Positions 37,284 to 47,523 of a stretch of 64,000 nucleotides of DNA are shown one piece after another. Every line of letters begins with the position of its first letter. Within the stretch, counting starts at the first letter, position 1. The stretch lies in NCBI GenBank assembly GCA_003009755.1, contig PXUB01000003.1, positions 25,667 through 89,666 on the forward strand. The letters are read 5' to 3'. The DNA comes from Thermoplasmatales archaeon SW_10_69_26 (GTDB lineage: Archaea > Thermoplasmatota > SW-10-69-26). The translations under genes and the position numbers were made by a program. Under the pieces are notes generated by a model that was not told the DNA's origin, ran no database searches, and saw only the letters and a list, made by a program, of their open reading frames with translations.

Positions 37284-37354
37284 CTGTTGATAGTAAAACA
37301 GGCCTTCACAGTTAACAGGAGGAAACTAATAACGGGAGGGGGGTGGCAGGCGTG

Positions 37355-38371
37355 ATGACGCGCCGATTGCTCCCCCTGCTCGCCGCGACGCTGCTCGCCA
37401 CCGCCGGTTGCGTCGGCCCCCTGACCGACACCGGCGATAGCCCCGATGTCCTCGTCACCCACTACCCCATCGAGTTCCTCGCCTCCGAGATCGCCGGCGA
37501 CGATGTCGACGTCGACGCCTTCGTCGAGGGGGGCCAGCCCCACGACTTCAACCCAGGCTTCGAGGACAGGTCCGCCCTCGAGGACGCGAGCCTGGTCGTG
37601 TACCAGGGCGCCGGCTTCTCGCCCGGCGTCGAGGGGATGCTGGCCAGCGCCGGCGAGGACGGGCCGCCCTCGCTTGCCCTCGTCGACACCGTCGACACGA
37701 TCGTTCACGAGGACGAGCACCGTCACGAGGCTGAGGAAAACCATTCCAACCACGAGGACCGCGACGGTGGCGACCAGGACGAGCACCACGAGAGCGAGCA
37801 CGAGCGCGAGCACGACGAGCACGCGGAGGGTCGCGAGGACCCGCACACCTGGCTGGACCCCGTGCGCATGACCCAGCACGCCGAGGCGATCCGCGACGCG
37901 ATGCAGGAGGCCTTCCCCGAGCACGAGGAGGCCTTCGCGAACCGGACCGCCGACCTCGTCGACGACCTCGAGGCCCTCCACGGGGACTTCGAGGCCGGCC
38001 TCGCGACCTGCGAGGTCCGGACCGCCGTCGTCAACCACAACGCTTTCGCTTACCTCGGAGACCGCTATAACATCACCTTCGAGGCCGCCCACGGGCTCTC
38101 GCCCGACACGGAGCCCTCGGCCGAGACGATCGACCGCCTCGCGGAGATCGTCGACCACCACAACCTCACGACCGTGTTCTTCGAGGAGTTCGTCAGCCCG
38201 GAGGTCGTCGAGACGATCGCCGACGAGACCGGCGCCGACACCGAGGTCCTCTCGCCCCTCGCGGCGCTCACCGACGAGCAGCGCGCCGACGGCGAGACCT
38301 ACCTCACCCGCATGCGAGCCAATCTCCACGCGCTCGAGGACGCGATGCGCTGCACCTCCTCGGGGGCGTGA
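37355..38371 (+). CDS. znuA: Zn/Mn ABC transporter substrate-binding lipoprotein with His-rich loop
   Basis: AGC lipobox, PHDF.P, His/Glu loop, DPHTWLDP, H.AF.Y. Confidence 0.92.
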   Translation: MTRRLLPLLAATLLATAGCVGPLTDTGDSPDVLVTHYPIEFLASEIAGDDVDVDAFVEGGQPHDFNPGFEDRSALEDASLVVYQGAGFSPGVEGMLASAGEDGPPSLALVDTVDTIVHEDEHRHEAEENHSNHEDRDGGDQDEHHESEHEREHDEHAEGREDPHTWLDPVRMTQHAEAIRDAMQEAFPEHEEAFANRTADLVDDLEALHGDFEAGLATCEVRTAVVNHNAFAYLGDRYNITFEAAHGLSPDTEPSAETIDRLAEIVDHHNLTTVFFEEFVSPEVVETIADETGADTEVLSPLAALTDEQRADGETYLTRMRANLHALEDAMRCTSSGA

Positions 38372-38375
38372 TCCC

Positions 38376-39143
38376 GTGAACGCCAAGGCGTGCGTGCTCG
38401 GCGCCGAGGACGTTACCGTCCGCTACGGGGCCACCACCGCGCTCGACGGTGTCTCGCTGCGAGTCGAGGACGGCGAGTTCGTGGGTCTCGTGGGCCCCAA
38501 CGGCTCCGGCAAGTCGACGCTGGTCCGCACGCTGCTCGGACTCGTCGAGCCCGACGAGGGCCAGACGTGCTGCTGCGGGCGCCCGATCCACCGTTTCGAG
38601 GACTGGTCTCGGGTCGGCTACGTCCCCCAGGACGCGGTGCACGTGGACCCGAACTTCCCGGCCAGCGTGCTCGAGGTCGCCCTGCTGGGCCGCGTGGCCG
38701 AGCGGGGGCTGGTCAACCGGTGGACCGACGAGGACCGCGAGGCCGCCCACGCGGCGCTTGAACGGGTGGGCATCGGGCACCTGGCGGATCGCTCGATCGG
38801 CACGCTCAGCGGCGGCGAACGCCAGCGCGCGTTCCTCGCCAAGGCGCTGGCAAGCGACCCGGACCTGCTGTTGCTGGACGAACCGATGGCCGGCGTGGAC
38901 GCCGCCGCGCGCGAGGACTTCTACAACCTCGTCGACGACCTCAACCACGCTGAGGGGCTCACGATCCTGCTCGTCTCCCACGATCTGCCGGCCGTGCGGA
39001 TGTGCTGTCACCGGCTCGTGGCGCTCAACCAGCGCGTGGTGTTCGACGGCTCCCCCAGGGACTTCGAGGACGAGGGCGGCCTCAGCGAGGCCTACGACAT
39101 GCACGTCCCCCACCACCCGGACCGGGCAGGGGGCCGCCCGTGA
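38376..39143 (+). CDS. znuC: Metal ABC transporter ATPase
   Basis: GPNGSGKST, GYVPQ, LSGGERQR, LLLLDEP, SHD. Confidence 0.93.
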   Translation: MNAKACVLGAEDVTVRYGATTALDGVSLRVEDGEFVGLVGPNGSGKSTLVRTLLGLVEPDEGQTCCCGRPIHRFEDWSRVGYVPQDAVHVDPNFPASVLEVALLGRVAERGLVNRWTDEDREAAHAALERVGIGHLADRSIGTLSGGERQRAFLAKALASDPDLLLLDEPMAGVDAAAREDFYNLVDDLNHAEGLTILLVSHDLPAVRMCCHRLVALNQRVVFDGSPRDFEDEGGLSEAYDMHVPHHPDRAGGRP

Positions 39144-39964
39144 CCGGGCTCGAGCTCTTCCTCGAGTACGAGTTCCTGCAGCTGGCCCTGGCCGCCAGCG
39201 GGGTGATGGCGCTGCTCGCCGGGGCCCTGGGGGTGCCGCTGGTCCTGCGCGAGATGGCCATGTTCGGGCACGGGTTCGCCCACGTGAGCTACGCCGGGGT
39301 CGCCCTCGGCCTCCTGGCGGGGCTGTACCCGCTCGGCGTGGCGCTGGTTGTGACCGTCGTCGGTGCCCTCGTGATGGAGCGGCTGCGGGCGCGGGGAGCC
39401 TTCTCCGGGGACACCCGCCTGGCCGTCGTCGTCAGCGTGGGGTTCGCGATCGGCGTCACCACGGTCAGCCTGGCTGGTGGGTTCACCACCCACGTGCACG
39501 CCTACCTCTTCGGGTCCCTGTTCTCGGTGACCTCCACCGAGCTGTGGGCGATGCTGCCGCTCGCCGCCACGCTGCTGGTCGCCTTCACGCTCCTCTACAA
39601 GGAGATCTTCTACATCACGCTCGACGAGGAGGCGGCCCACCTGTCGGGGGTCCCGGTGGGCTGGATCAACGCGGCCCTGCTGGCCCTGACCGCGGCGACC
39701 ATCGTTCTCGCCTCCCGTGTGGTCGGCCTGCTCCTCGTCGCCGCGCTGCTGGTCATCCCGGCGGCGACGGCGCTCCAGATGGCAACGAGCTTCAAGGGCG
39801 CGATCCTCGGCTCGATGGCGGTCGGCCTGGTCAGCGTCGTGCTCGGGTTGGCGGCGGCGGTCAGCGTGGACGTGGCCGCGGGCGGGGCGATCGTGCTCGT
39901 CGGCGGCGCCGTCTTCGCGCTGGTGACCGGCGCGCGCCGGGCGGGCCTCGTGCGGCGCGGCTGA
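39140..39964 (+). CDS. znuB: Metal ABC transporter permease
   Basis: H....GVA, YLFGS, VG.LLV.ALL.IP. Confidence 0.92.
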   Translation: MTGLELFLEYEFLQLALAASGVMALLAGALGVPLVLREMAMFGHGFAHVSYAGVALGLLAGLYPLGVALVVTVVGALVMERLRARGAFSGDTRLAVVVSVGFAIGVTTVSLAGGFTTHVHAYLFGSLFSVTSTELWAMLPLAATLLVAFTLLYKEIFYITLDEEAAHLSGVPVGWINAALLALTAATIVLASRVVGLLLVAALLVIPAATALQMATSFKGAILGSMAVGLVSVVLGLAAAVSVDVAAGGAIVLVGGAVFALVTGARRAGLVRRG

Positions 39965-39975
39965 GGGCAGGCCTG

Positions 39976-41262
39976 CTACTTCGGTTGTTGCCCGGTCACG
40001 TCCTCCACGATGGCCCAGAACTCGTCCTTGCTGACGCCCTGCTGTTCGTCGGTGTGCTCGCGGAACTCGTCGACGAACGCGCGAGCCTCGTCCTTGCCGC
40101 GCTTCTCGATCGTGGTCTTGATCCGCTCGGCGATCTCCGAAAGCTGGCCCTCCTCGGCGTCGACGCCGGCCCGGTCGAGCCGGTCCTCGATCGCGGCCGT
40201 GCCGGTGTGCTTGCCGAACACGAATCGGCGCTCGTGGCCGACGTCCTCCGGGTGCATCGGCTCGTAGGTGATCGTGTTCGACAGGACGCCGTGCGTGTGG
40301 ATGCCGGACTCGTGCGTGAACGCGTTGTGGCCGACGACCGGCTTCATCTGGTCGACCGGGACGCCGGTGGTCTCCTCGACGCGCTCGGACAGGTCCTTGA
40401 GCAGCTCGGTGTTGATGCCGGTGTCGTAGTCGTACAGCTGCTCGAGCGTCATCACGACCTCCTCGAAGGCCGTGTTGCCGGCGCGCTCGCCGATCCCGTT
40501 CACGGCCGTGTTGAGGTTGGGGACGCCGGCCTCGAAGGCGGCGATCGCGTTCGCGGTGCCGAGCCCGAAGTCGTTGTGGTTGTGGAACCCCCACTCGGGT
40601 GCGCCCTGCTGGCCACCGATCGGGCCCTCCGGCAGGTCGAGCTCGCGCATCGTCTCGAAGAACCAGCTCGTGGCCGTGGGCGTCATGACGCCGACGGTGT
40701 CGGAGAACAGCACGCGCTCGGCGCCGGCCTCGATCGCGGCGTTGTACAGCTCGGCGACGAACTCGGGGTCGGCCCGCACCGTGTCCTCGGTGACGAACGT
40801 CGTCTTCAGGCCGTGGTCGACGGCGTGCTCGACGGCGTCGACGGCCATCTCGATGCACTCCTGTTTGGAGCGCTGCAGCTTGTACTTGAGGTGGACGTCC
40901 GAGCACGCGATGAAGGGCACGCACTCGTCGCAGCCCGCCTTCAACACGGCGTCGATGTCGGACCGGATCGTGCGCGCAGCCCCCATGATCGAGGCCTGGC
41001 TGAGGCCCTCGTCGCTGATCGCCTTGATCGACGTCAGCTCGCCCTCGCTGACGGCCGGGATCCCGCAGTTGAGGATGTCGCACCCGATCTCGTCGAGCAG
41101 CTTCGCCAGCTCGACCTTCTCCTCCGTGGTGTAGTAGACGCCGGGCGTCTGCTCGCCGTCGCGCAGCGTCTCGTCCCAGATCACCAGCTCGTCGGGCAGA
41201 TCGTAGCCGTGGTCCGGCTCCACGGTCCAATTGTGCGTGACGACGTCCTCGTCCTCGGGCAT
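39976..41262 (-). CDS. DRE-TIM metallolyase, homocitrate synthase/LeuA family without regulatory domain
   Basis: DETLRDGEQTPG, HNHNDFG, GIGERAGN, HESGIH, GKHTG. Confidence 0.9.
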   Translation of the reverse strand: MPEDEDVVTHNWTVEPDHGYDLPDELVIWDETLRDGEQTPGVYYTTEEKVELAKLLDEIGCDILNCGIPAVSEGELTSIKAISDEGLSQASIMGAARTIRSDIDAVLKAGCDECVPFIACSDVHLKYKLQRSKQECIEMAVDAVEHAVDHGLKTTFVTEDTVRADPEFVAELYNAAIEAGAERVLFSDTVGVMTPTATSWFFETMRELDLPEGPIGGQQGAPEWGFHNHNDFGLGTANAIAAFEAGVPNLNTAVNGIGERAGNTAFEEVVMTLEQLYDYDTGINTELLKDLSERVEETTGVPVDQMKPVVGHNAFTHESGIHTHGVLSNTITYEPMHPEDVGHERRFVFGKHTGTAAIEDRLDRAGVDAEEGQLSEIAERIKTTIEKRGKDEARAFVDEFREHTDEQQGVSKDEFWAIVEDVTGQQPK

Positions 41263-41430
41263 GCCGGTCACCGTGACAGGGAAGGACAGAACACGGTAAA
41301 AACCTCGCTCGCCGGGCGGCCGACGACCGCGTCCACGGGACCCCCGAGGGTTGTCCTCGGGGTCGACTTGGCCCGCGTCGTCGACCCTTGACAACTGTGT
41401 CAAGAGGTGACGACCTACACCGACGTTGCT

Positions 41431-41697
41431 ATGGTCACTGTATGGGGCGTCGTCGCGTTCCTGGTGATCGGAGCGCTGGCCGGATGGTTGGCCGGCGAGG
41501 TCGTCCGAGGCTACGGCTTCGGGATCCTCGGCAACATCGTCGTCGGGGTGGTAGGCGCCTTACTGGGTGGCCTGCTCTTCGACGCCGCTGGCATCGGTGG
41601 CGAAGGCGGCTTCCTGTGGACGCTGTTCGTGGCGTTCGTGGGAGCCGTCGTGTTGCTGTTCGTCGCCGGGCTCGTCGGCCGAGCCACGACCACGTAA
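41431..41697 (+). CDS. GlsB/YeaQ/YmgE-family small membrane protein
   Basis: IGALAGWLA...G.GILGNIVVGVVGALLGG...GAVVLL. Confidence 0.88.
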   Translation: MVTVWGVVAFLVIGALAGWLAGEVVRGYGFGILGNIVVGVVGALLGGLLFDAAGIGGEGGFLWTLFVAFVGAVVLLFVAGLVGRATTT

Positions 41698-41754
41698 GCT
41701 CCGCCACCGCCCGCCGTGGGCGGTCTCGCGGTCTCTTCTCCTTTCTTCTCCCTC

Positions 41755-43092
41755 TCAGCTCCTCGTCTCGGCCACGATCGGGACCGGCTCGCCGGGACGA
41801 AGCGTCAAGCTCGGATCCAGCGGCGGGCGCTCGTCGCGGCCCGGCCGGATCTCCATCGTCTGCAGGATCCGGGCCAGGCACAGACGCAGCTCGAGCATCG
41901 CGAACGTGTCCCCGATGCACGTCCGCGGTCCGCCACCGAAGGGGAAGTGCGCGAACCGCGGCTTGTCTCCGGCTCGCCCATCCAGCCAGCGCTGGGGGTC
42001 GAAGGTCCCCGGCGCCTCCCACAGCTGGGGATCGCGATGGACGACCCACTGGCTCGTCATCACCTGGGTCCCGGCGGGGAGCCGACGCCCGGCGATCTCG
42101 ACGTCCTCGACGGCTTGCCGCCCGATGGCCCACACCGGCGGTAAAAGCCGCATCGCCTCGTCGATCACGGCGTCGAGCAGGCCCACGTCGGCGAGGGCCG
42201 CTGGCGTGGCGTCCCCGCCGGCGTGGCTGGCCAGCTCCTCGGACAGCTCGGCCTGGATCTCGGGGTGGCTGGCGAGCAGCCACAACGTCCACGTCAACGC
42301 GAGCGCGGTCGTTTCGTGCCCGGCCAACAGGAAGGTGACGAGCTCGTCCCGCAACCGGGAGCGGTCCATCGCTTCCCCGTGCTCCCGGTAGTTCTGGATC
42401 AACCGGCTCATCAGGTCCACGCGGTCCTGGCCGGGCTCGTGCTCGTCGATGAGGTCGTCCACGACGCCGTGCAGCGTCTCGACGCCGCGCTGGTAGCGCC
42501 GGTTGGCCGGCAGCGGCCAGGACTTGGGCACCATCGCCAGCAGGCGCCGGTCGGCCCGGAACCGCTGCATCACGTCGTCCAGCGCGGCGCCGATCTCGTC
42601 GGCCCGGTCGTCCACGTCGACGCCGAACAGCGTCTCGGCCGCGATGCGGAGCGTGAGCTGGCTGGCATCCTCGTGCAGGTCGCGGTGGCCGTGGCGTCGC
42701 CAGCCGTCGAGCAGGTCCTCGGTGTGCCCGACCATCGGTCCAGCGTAATCGCGCACGCGCTCGGGCCGGAAGTCCGGCTGGGCGAGCTGGCGCTGGGTGC
42801 GCCAGGTTCCCCCCTCGGCAGCCAGCAGGCCGCCCCCGATCACGTCCCCGAGCGTGTCGCGCAGGTACTCGTGCTTCTCGAAGCTGTCGTCCTCGGTCAC
42901 GAGCACCTGCTCGATCCCCGCCGGGTCGGCGAGCAACACGTAGTCGAGGCCGCCCATCCGGAACCGAGCCAGGGAGCCGTGCTCGCTTCGCAGCTCGGTC
43001 AGGAACGCCAGCGGCTCGCGGCTGAAGCTCGGGATCGAACCCACGATCGGCCAACCGTCCTCGCCGGGGAGCTGCTCGTAGGCAGACGCCAC
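41755..43092 (-). CDS. Cytochrome P450
   Basis: AGHETT, EAMR, PFGGGPRTCIG. Confidence 0.93.
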   Translation of the reverse strand: MASAYEQLPGEDGWPIVGSIPSFSREPLAFLTELRSEHGSLARFRMGGLDYVLLADPAGIEQVLVTEDDSFEKHEYLRDTLGDVIGGGLLAAEGGTWRTQRQLAQPDFRPERVRDYAGPMVGHTEDLLDGWRRHGHRDLHEDASQLTLRIAAETLFGVDVDDRADEIGAALDDVMQRFRADRRLLAMVPKSWPLPANRRYQRGVETLHGVVDDLIDEHEPGQDRVDLMSRLIQNYREHGEAMDRSRLRDELVTFLLAGHETTALALTWTLWLLASHPEIQAELSEELASHAGGDATPAALADVGLLDAVIDEAMRLLPPVWAIGRQAVEDVEIAGRRLPAGTQVMTSQWVVHRDPQLWEAPGTFDPQRWLDGRAGDKPRFAHFPFGGGPRTCIGDTFAMLELRLCLARILQTMEIRPGRDERPPLDPSLTLRPGEPVPIVAETRS

Positions 43093-43171
43093 ACCGGCCC
43101 AGCCGGTTCGCCTTGGACAAGGTTGCCGGTGACGCCAACGCCTATGCCGTGCGTCGCGTTTGCCGGCCGCG

Positions 43172-44149
43172 ATGGTGGACCCGGAGGAGACCGATCCCCG
43201 CCGCGTGCTCGAGGTCGCCGACGAGGCCAGCGGCCTCGAGGCCTGGATCGCGGTGGACGAGCGCGTCGACGAGCTCGCCGCCGGCGGCATCGCCCAGGTC
43301 GCCGTCCCCAGCGCGGACGCGGGCCTGGCCGAGGCCAAGCGGCGGGCCCGCACGTGGACGCTGGCGGCCCGCGCCGCCGAGATCGAGGCCGGGGGCGCCC
43401 AGGTCCTCGTCCGCGACACCGAGCTCGGGGCCGAGGCCGCGTTCGAGGCCCTCGGGGGACCGCTCGACCAGCTCGAGCCCACGCTCGCCGTCGGGTTCGA
43501 CGAGGACCTGGAGGAGGCCCAGGCGGCCAGCGAACACGTCAACCCCGAGGGCACCGTGCCGGCACGGGCCCAAGCCGTCGGTACCCTCTCCGGCATCCAG
43601 GCGGTCCTGTGGGCGCTCGAGGGCGATCCCCGCGCCGAGGGCTCGGCGATCGTGCTCGAAGACTGGACCCCCGTGACGCGTCTCGTGGCCCAGGGCCTCA
43701 GCGAGGAGGGCGCCCTCGTGCGCGTGGCTGCCGCCGAGGGCGACCACGGGGACGTCGCCGACGCCGGCCACGAGGCGATCGAGGCCGAGGCCTGGCGGGA
43801 CGCCGATGCCGACGTGCTCGTCCCCTCCTCGCCGGGGCTCGTGACGAGCGAGGCCGCCGACCGGCTCGCTGCCCGGGGGGTCTGCCCCGCGCAGGTTGGC
43901 ACCCTGGCCTCGGCCAAGGCGCGGGAAGGGCTCGCCGAGCGCCAGGTCCAAACCGCCCCGGAGGCGCTCGTGGCCGCCGGCGCCGTGATCGAGGCCGTGC
44001 TCGTCTGGCGGGAGGGCCAGGCGCCCCGCGTGCAGGATGCCATCGACCGCCGCCTGTCCGAGGTGTACGAGCGCACCCGGCGCGTGCTCGCCGAGGCGGC
44101 CGACGAGGGGACGACACCGGCCCAGGTCGTCCGCGATCGGTGGGGCTGA
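43172..44149 (+). CDS. Degenerate Glu/Leu/Phe/Val dehydrogenase homolog
   Basis: Colinear with the downstream paralog but lacks both Lys residues and the GxGxxG motif. Confidence 0.75.
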   Translation: MVDPEETDPRRVLEVADEASGLEAWIAVDERVDELAAGGIAQVAVPSADAGLAEAKRRARTWTLAARAAEIEAGGAQVLVRDTELGAEAAFEALGGPLDQLEPTLAVGFDEDLEEAQAASEHVNPEGTVPARAQAVGTLSGIQAVLWALEGDPRAEGSAIVLEDWTPVTRLVAQGLSEEGALVRVAAAEGDHGDVADAGHEAIEAEAWRDADADVLVPSSPGLVTSEAADRLAARGVCPAQVGTLASAKAREGLAERQVQTAPEALVAAGAVIEAVLVWREGQAPRVQDAIDRRLSEVYERTRRVLAEAADEGTTPAQVVRDRWG

Positions 44150-44203
44150 GGCCAACATCCTCGCCCGAAGGTCTTTCGTCCCCGGGACACGCTAGTCCGT
44201 TCC

Positions 44204-45214
44204 GTGTGGGATCCAACGGCGCCCCGTGACCGCGAACCCGACCGCCTCGTCCGCGTCGAGGACGCCGAGGCCGGCCTCACGGCCTGGATCGTGATCGACC
44301 GGGTCCGAGAGGGGCTCTCGGCCGGCGGCATCCGACGCCGTCGCTACGCCTCCGCCGACGACGCGATCGAGGAAGCCAAGGCCCTGGCCGCGGCGATGTC
44401 GCTCAAGCTGGGCGCCGCCGGACTCCCCGCCGGCGGAGCCAAGACCGTGATCCTCGACCACGACGACCTGCTCGTGCCGGAGGCCTACCGGGCGCTGGGC
44501 CGACGCATCGACGAGCTGGATCCCGCCCACCTGTGCGGGCCCGACGTCGGGACCGGCGAGGAACAGCTGACACACGTCCGGGAGGAGACCGAGCGCGTGA
44601 ACCCGGGCGCCAACGAGCCCGCCGAGCGGACCGCCCAGGGGGTGCTTGCGGGCATCCGCTCCGGGCTGTCGGCGATGGAGGACCCGGTCGGGCTGTCCGG
44701 CTCGCGCGTCATCGTGCAAGGCTACGGCGCGGTCGGATCCGCCTTGGCTCGCCGCCTGCGGCGCGAGGGCGCGATGGTGCGCGTCGCCGACACCGACCCG
44801 GTGGCGCGCTCCCGTGCCCGCAGCGAGCAGTTCGAGCTCCTGGAGCCCGAGAACGTGTTCGACGAGGCGTGCACCGTGTTCGCTCCGTGCGCCATGGGGG
44901 ACGTGGTCACCGAGGACGTGGCCGCCCGCATCCCGGCGCGGTTGGTCTGCGGCTCCGCCAACGGGCCCCTGGCGTCGGCGGAGGCCGGCCGCATCCTGCA
45001 CGACCGCGGCGTCGCCTACGCGCCCGACGTCCTCGTGAACGTCGGCGCCGTCGCCGAGGGCGTGCTCACGTGGCGCGAGGGCCGCACGAAGGCCGTGCTC
45101 GACCGGGTCGACGAGGTCATCGAGGACGTCGAGACCCGCGTGCACGATGTGCTCACCACGTCCCGCGAGGAGGACGTCCCCCCGGGCGAGATCGTCGCCC
45201 ATCGGTGGGGCTAG
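44204..45214 (+). CDS. Glu/Leu/Phe/Val dehydrogenase
   Basis: GGIR, MSLK, GGAKT, GPDVGT, QGYGAVG, PCA, GSAN, PD..VN.G. Confidence 0.9.
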   Translation: MWDPTAPRDREPDRLVRVEDAEAGLTAWIVIDRVREGLSAGGIRRRRYASADDAIEEAKALAAAMSLKLGAAGLPAGGAKTVILDHDDLLVPEAYRALGRRIDELDPAHLCGPDVGTGEEQLTHVREETERVNPGANEPAERTAQGVLAGIRSGLSAMEDPVGLSGSRVIVQGYGAVGSALARRLRREGAMVRVADTDPVARSRARSEQFELLEPENVFDEACTVFAPCAMGDVVTEDVAARIPARLVCGSANGPLASAEAGRILHDRGVAYAPDVLVNVGAVAEGVLTWREGRTKAVLDRVDEVIEDVETRVHDVLTTSREEDVPPGEIVAHRWG

Positions 45215-45306
45215 ACTGCCGGACCGATCTGGGGCGACCTCTCGCTTGGCCCGGGCAGCCGTCGGCAGGCCTAGGTTCATGTGGGAGGGGCACCGAAGCG
45301 TACTCG

Positions 45307-45684
45307 ATGTCTCGCTCGACCCCGTTCCGCGAAGCCGCCACGGTGCGCGTCAACGCGCCCGAGGACCGCGTCCGGGAGCTGTTGTCCGACCGGGACGTGC
45401 TCGAGGCCTTCGACGAACGGTTGGCGGGCGAGGACGTCGAGGTCCACCACGAGGACGAGCGAGTCGAGGTGACCGCCCCCGGCCAGCGCTTGCGGCTGGC
45501 GTTCCGGCTGCGCGGCGAGGGCGAGTCGACGAGCGTGGCGGCCCTGGAGGACGTCGAACCGAAGGGATTCGTCGAGCGGACGAAGTGGATGCTGTTCCCC
45601 GGCCAAGCCCACGAGGACCTCGAGACCGAGCTCGACCGGTTCCGCCACATCGTCGAGGCCTTCGACACCCAGCACAGCGCCTAG
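45307..45684 (+). CDS. SRPBCC-like hypothetical protein
   Basis: V.VNAP...V and C-terminal L.RFRH.VE helix; typical codon usage. Confidence 0.65.
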   Translation: MSRSTPFREAATVRVNAPEDRVRELLSDRDVLEAFDERLAGEDVEVHHEDERVEVTAPGQRLRLAFRLRGEGESTSVAALEDVEPKGFVERTKWMLFPGQAHEDLETELDRFRHIVEAFDTQHSA

Positions 45685-45729
45685 GCCTACCGGGCACAGC
45701 TTTGTAGAGGGAACCGGCCTGCGTCATGC

Positions 45730-46668
45730 GTGCCGCTGCTGCCTGCGGACCCGTTCTCGCTGATCGGGCTGGCCCTCGTCGCCGTCACCGTGGCGATGCT
45801 GGTCGCCTCCGACTGGCCGAAGGCCTACCTCCTCGGCGCATCCACGATCGTCCTGTTCGCGCTGCAGTTCTTCGACCAGGCGATCTTGGGCAACCCGCTG
45901 GGCCTGCGCGAGCTGGCGCTTACGCCCTCCGGGTTCCTGGCCGGCGAGTGGTGGACGCCGATCTCGTACGCGTTCCTGCACGGCGGCCTCATGCACATCA
46001 TCGGCAACCTGTTCATCCTGCTCACCGCCGGCCCCGCGCTCGAGGACAGCGTCGGCCCGACGTGGTTCCTCGGCATCTACGCGGCCGGGGCGCTCGTCGC
46101 CGCCGGCGCCGGCGTCGGGCTGGCCTACGTCGACGTCGGGCAAACGGCCGTCACGTTGCCCTCCACCCTGACCCCGATGGTCGGGTCCTCGGGAGCGATC
46201 TTCGCCGTGTTAACCGCGTTCGCCGTCCGCCATCCCCGCGAGAAGCTGCCGCTGCCGTTCTACATCATCCTGTGGCTGCCCGCGATGGTCGTCCTCCTGG
46301 CGTTCCTGGCGATGAACATCGGGTACATGTTCCTCGACACCAGCGTCGCCTGGTACGGCCACTTCGGGGGCTTTTTGGCGGGCCTGGCGATCGCCTCGCT
46401 CCCGATCGACTTCGAGACGGAGGCGACCGACAGCGTCGACCTCGAGGGCCTGGCCCCGCTGGCCGAGGACCCGAAGGCCCAGCAGGCGCTCGAGCGGCTG
46501 CGCGAGGTCGACGAGGATCAAGCCGACGTGGCCGAGGTCTGGCTCGACGAGTTCGCCGAGAACACGCAGTGCCCGGTGTGCTCGAAGCCGCTGCAGCGCG
46601 ACGGGCTCGACGTGCGCTGCCCCAGCAGCCACGACGTTCGCCGACCCTCCGGTGCCGACGGCTCGTGA
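45730..46668 (+). CDS. Rhomboid intramembrane protease with C-terminal Cys cluster
   Basis: FLHGG..H..GN, GSSGA, HFGG; tail CPVC...C..H. Confidence 0.9.
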   Translation: MPLLPADPFSLIGLALVAVTVAMLVASDWPKAYLLGASTIVLFALQFFDQAILGNPLGLRELALTPSGFLAGEWWTPISYAFLHGGLMHIIGNLFILLTAGPALEDSVGPTWFLGIYAAGALVAAGAGVGLAYVDVGQTAVTLPSTLTPMVGSSGAIFAVLTAFAVRHPREKLPLPFYIILWLPAMVVLLAFLAMNIGYMFLDTSVAWYGHFGGFLAGLAIASLPIDFETEATDSVDLEGLAPLAEDPKAQQALERLREVDEDQADVAEVWLDEFAENTQCPVCSKPLQRDGLDVRCPSSHDVRRPSGADGS

Positions 46669-46669
46669 G

Positions 46670-47476
46670 TCAGCTCTCGGAGGCGGCGCCGCGCTCGGCG
46701 ATCGGCGCCGTCGCGCGCTTGTGCTCGCTGGCCGCCACCATCCCTTCGACCCGGGCCACCTCGTCCCCACCGACGTCGGCCGCCTCGGCGATCGTCTCGC
46801 GAGCCTGGCCGCGCTCGAGACCCGCCAGCACCACGTCCAGCTCGGTGTAAGCAAGGCCCAGCTCGTCCTCGTCGGTCTGGCCCTCCCACAAGCCGGCCGT
46901 CGGCGGGCGCTCGAGGATCGCCTCGGGCACGCCCAGCTCGGCCGCGAGCACCCGCTCCTGGGTCTTGTAGACGTCGCCCAGGGGGAGCAGGTCGACGCCG
47001 CCGTCGCCGTACTTCGTGAAGTACCCGGTCAACAGCTCGCTTTTGTTCCCGGTGCCGATCACGAGCCCGTCGTGGGCGTTGGCGCGGGCGTACATCGCCG
47101 CCATCCGCAGGCGGGCCTGCAGGTTGCCGCGCACCGTGCGGTCGACCGCGATGCCGAGCTCGTCCTCCAACGTCTCCGCGCTGGGGCCGATCTGGATCGT
47201 GTCCAGCTCGACGCCGGCGGCCTCGGCGGCCTGTCGAGCCAGGCGCTCGTCCCGCTTCGTGGAGGTCGGGCCCGGTAGCGTGAGGGCCTCGACGTTCGCG
47301 GGCCCCAGCGCCTCGACAGCCAAGGTCAGCGTCGTGGCCGAATCCAGGCCACCGCTGAGGCCCACGACGGCCACCTCGGCCTCCGCGCGGTCGACGCGGT
47401 CAGCCAGGAACCCGGTCGTCAGGTTCAGCGTACGGTCGACGTCGAAGGACAGCCAGTCGTGGGGGACCGCGGGCAC
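46670..47476 (-). CDS. nadE: NH3-dependent NAD+ synthetase
   Basis: GLSGGLDS, GN.QAR.RM, GTGNKSE..GYFTKYGDG, PTAGLW.GQTDE. Confidence 0.95.
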   Translation of the reverse strand: MPAVPHDWLSFDVDRTLNLTTGFLADRVDRAEAEVAVVGLSGGLDSATTLTLAVEALGPANVEALTLPGPTSTKRDERLARQAAEAAGVELDTIQIGPSAETLEDELGIAVDRTVRGNLQARLRMAAMYARANAHDGLVIGTGNKSELLTGYFTKYGDGGVDLLPLGDVYKTQERVLAAELGVPEAILERPPTAGLWEGQTDEDELGLAYTELDVVLAGLERGQARETIAEAADVGGDEVARVEGMVAASEHKRATAPIAERGAASES

Positions 47477-47523
47477 GCGCGAGGAAAGGAGGACGCCGGG
47501 TAAAGGCGTTGGCCTCCCCGGCC

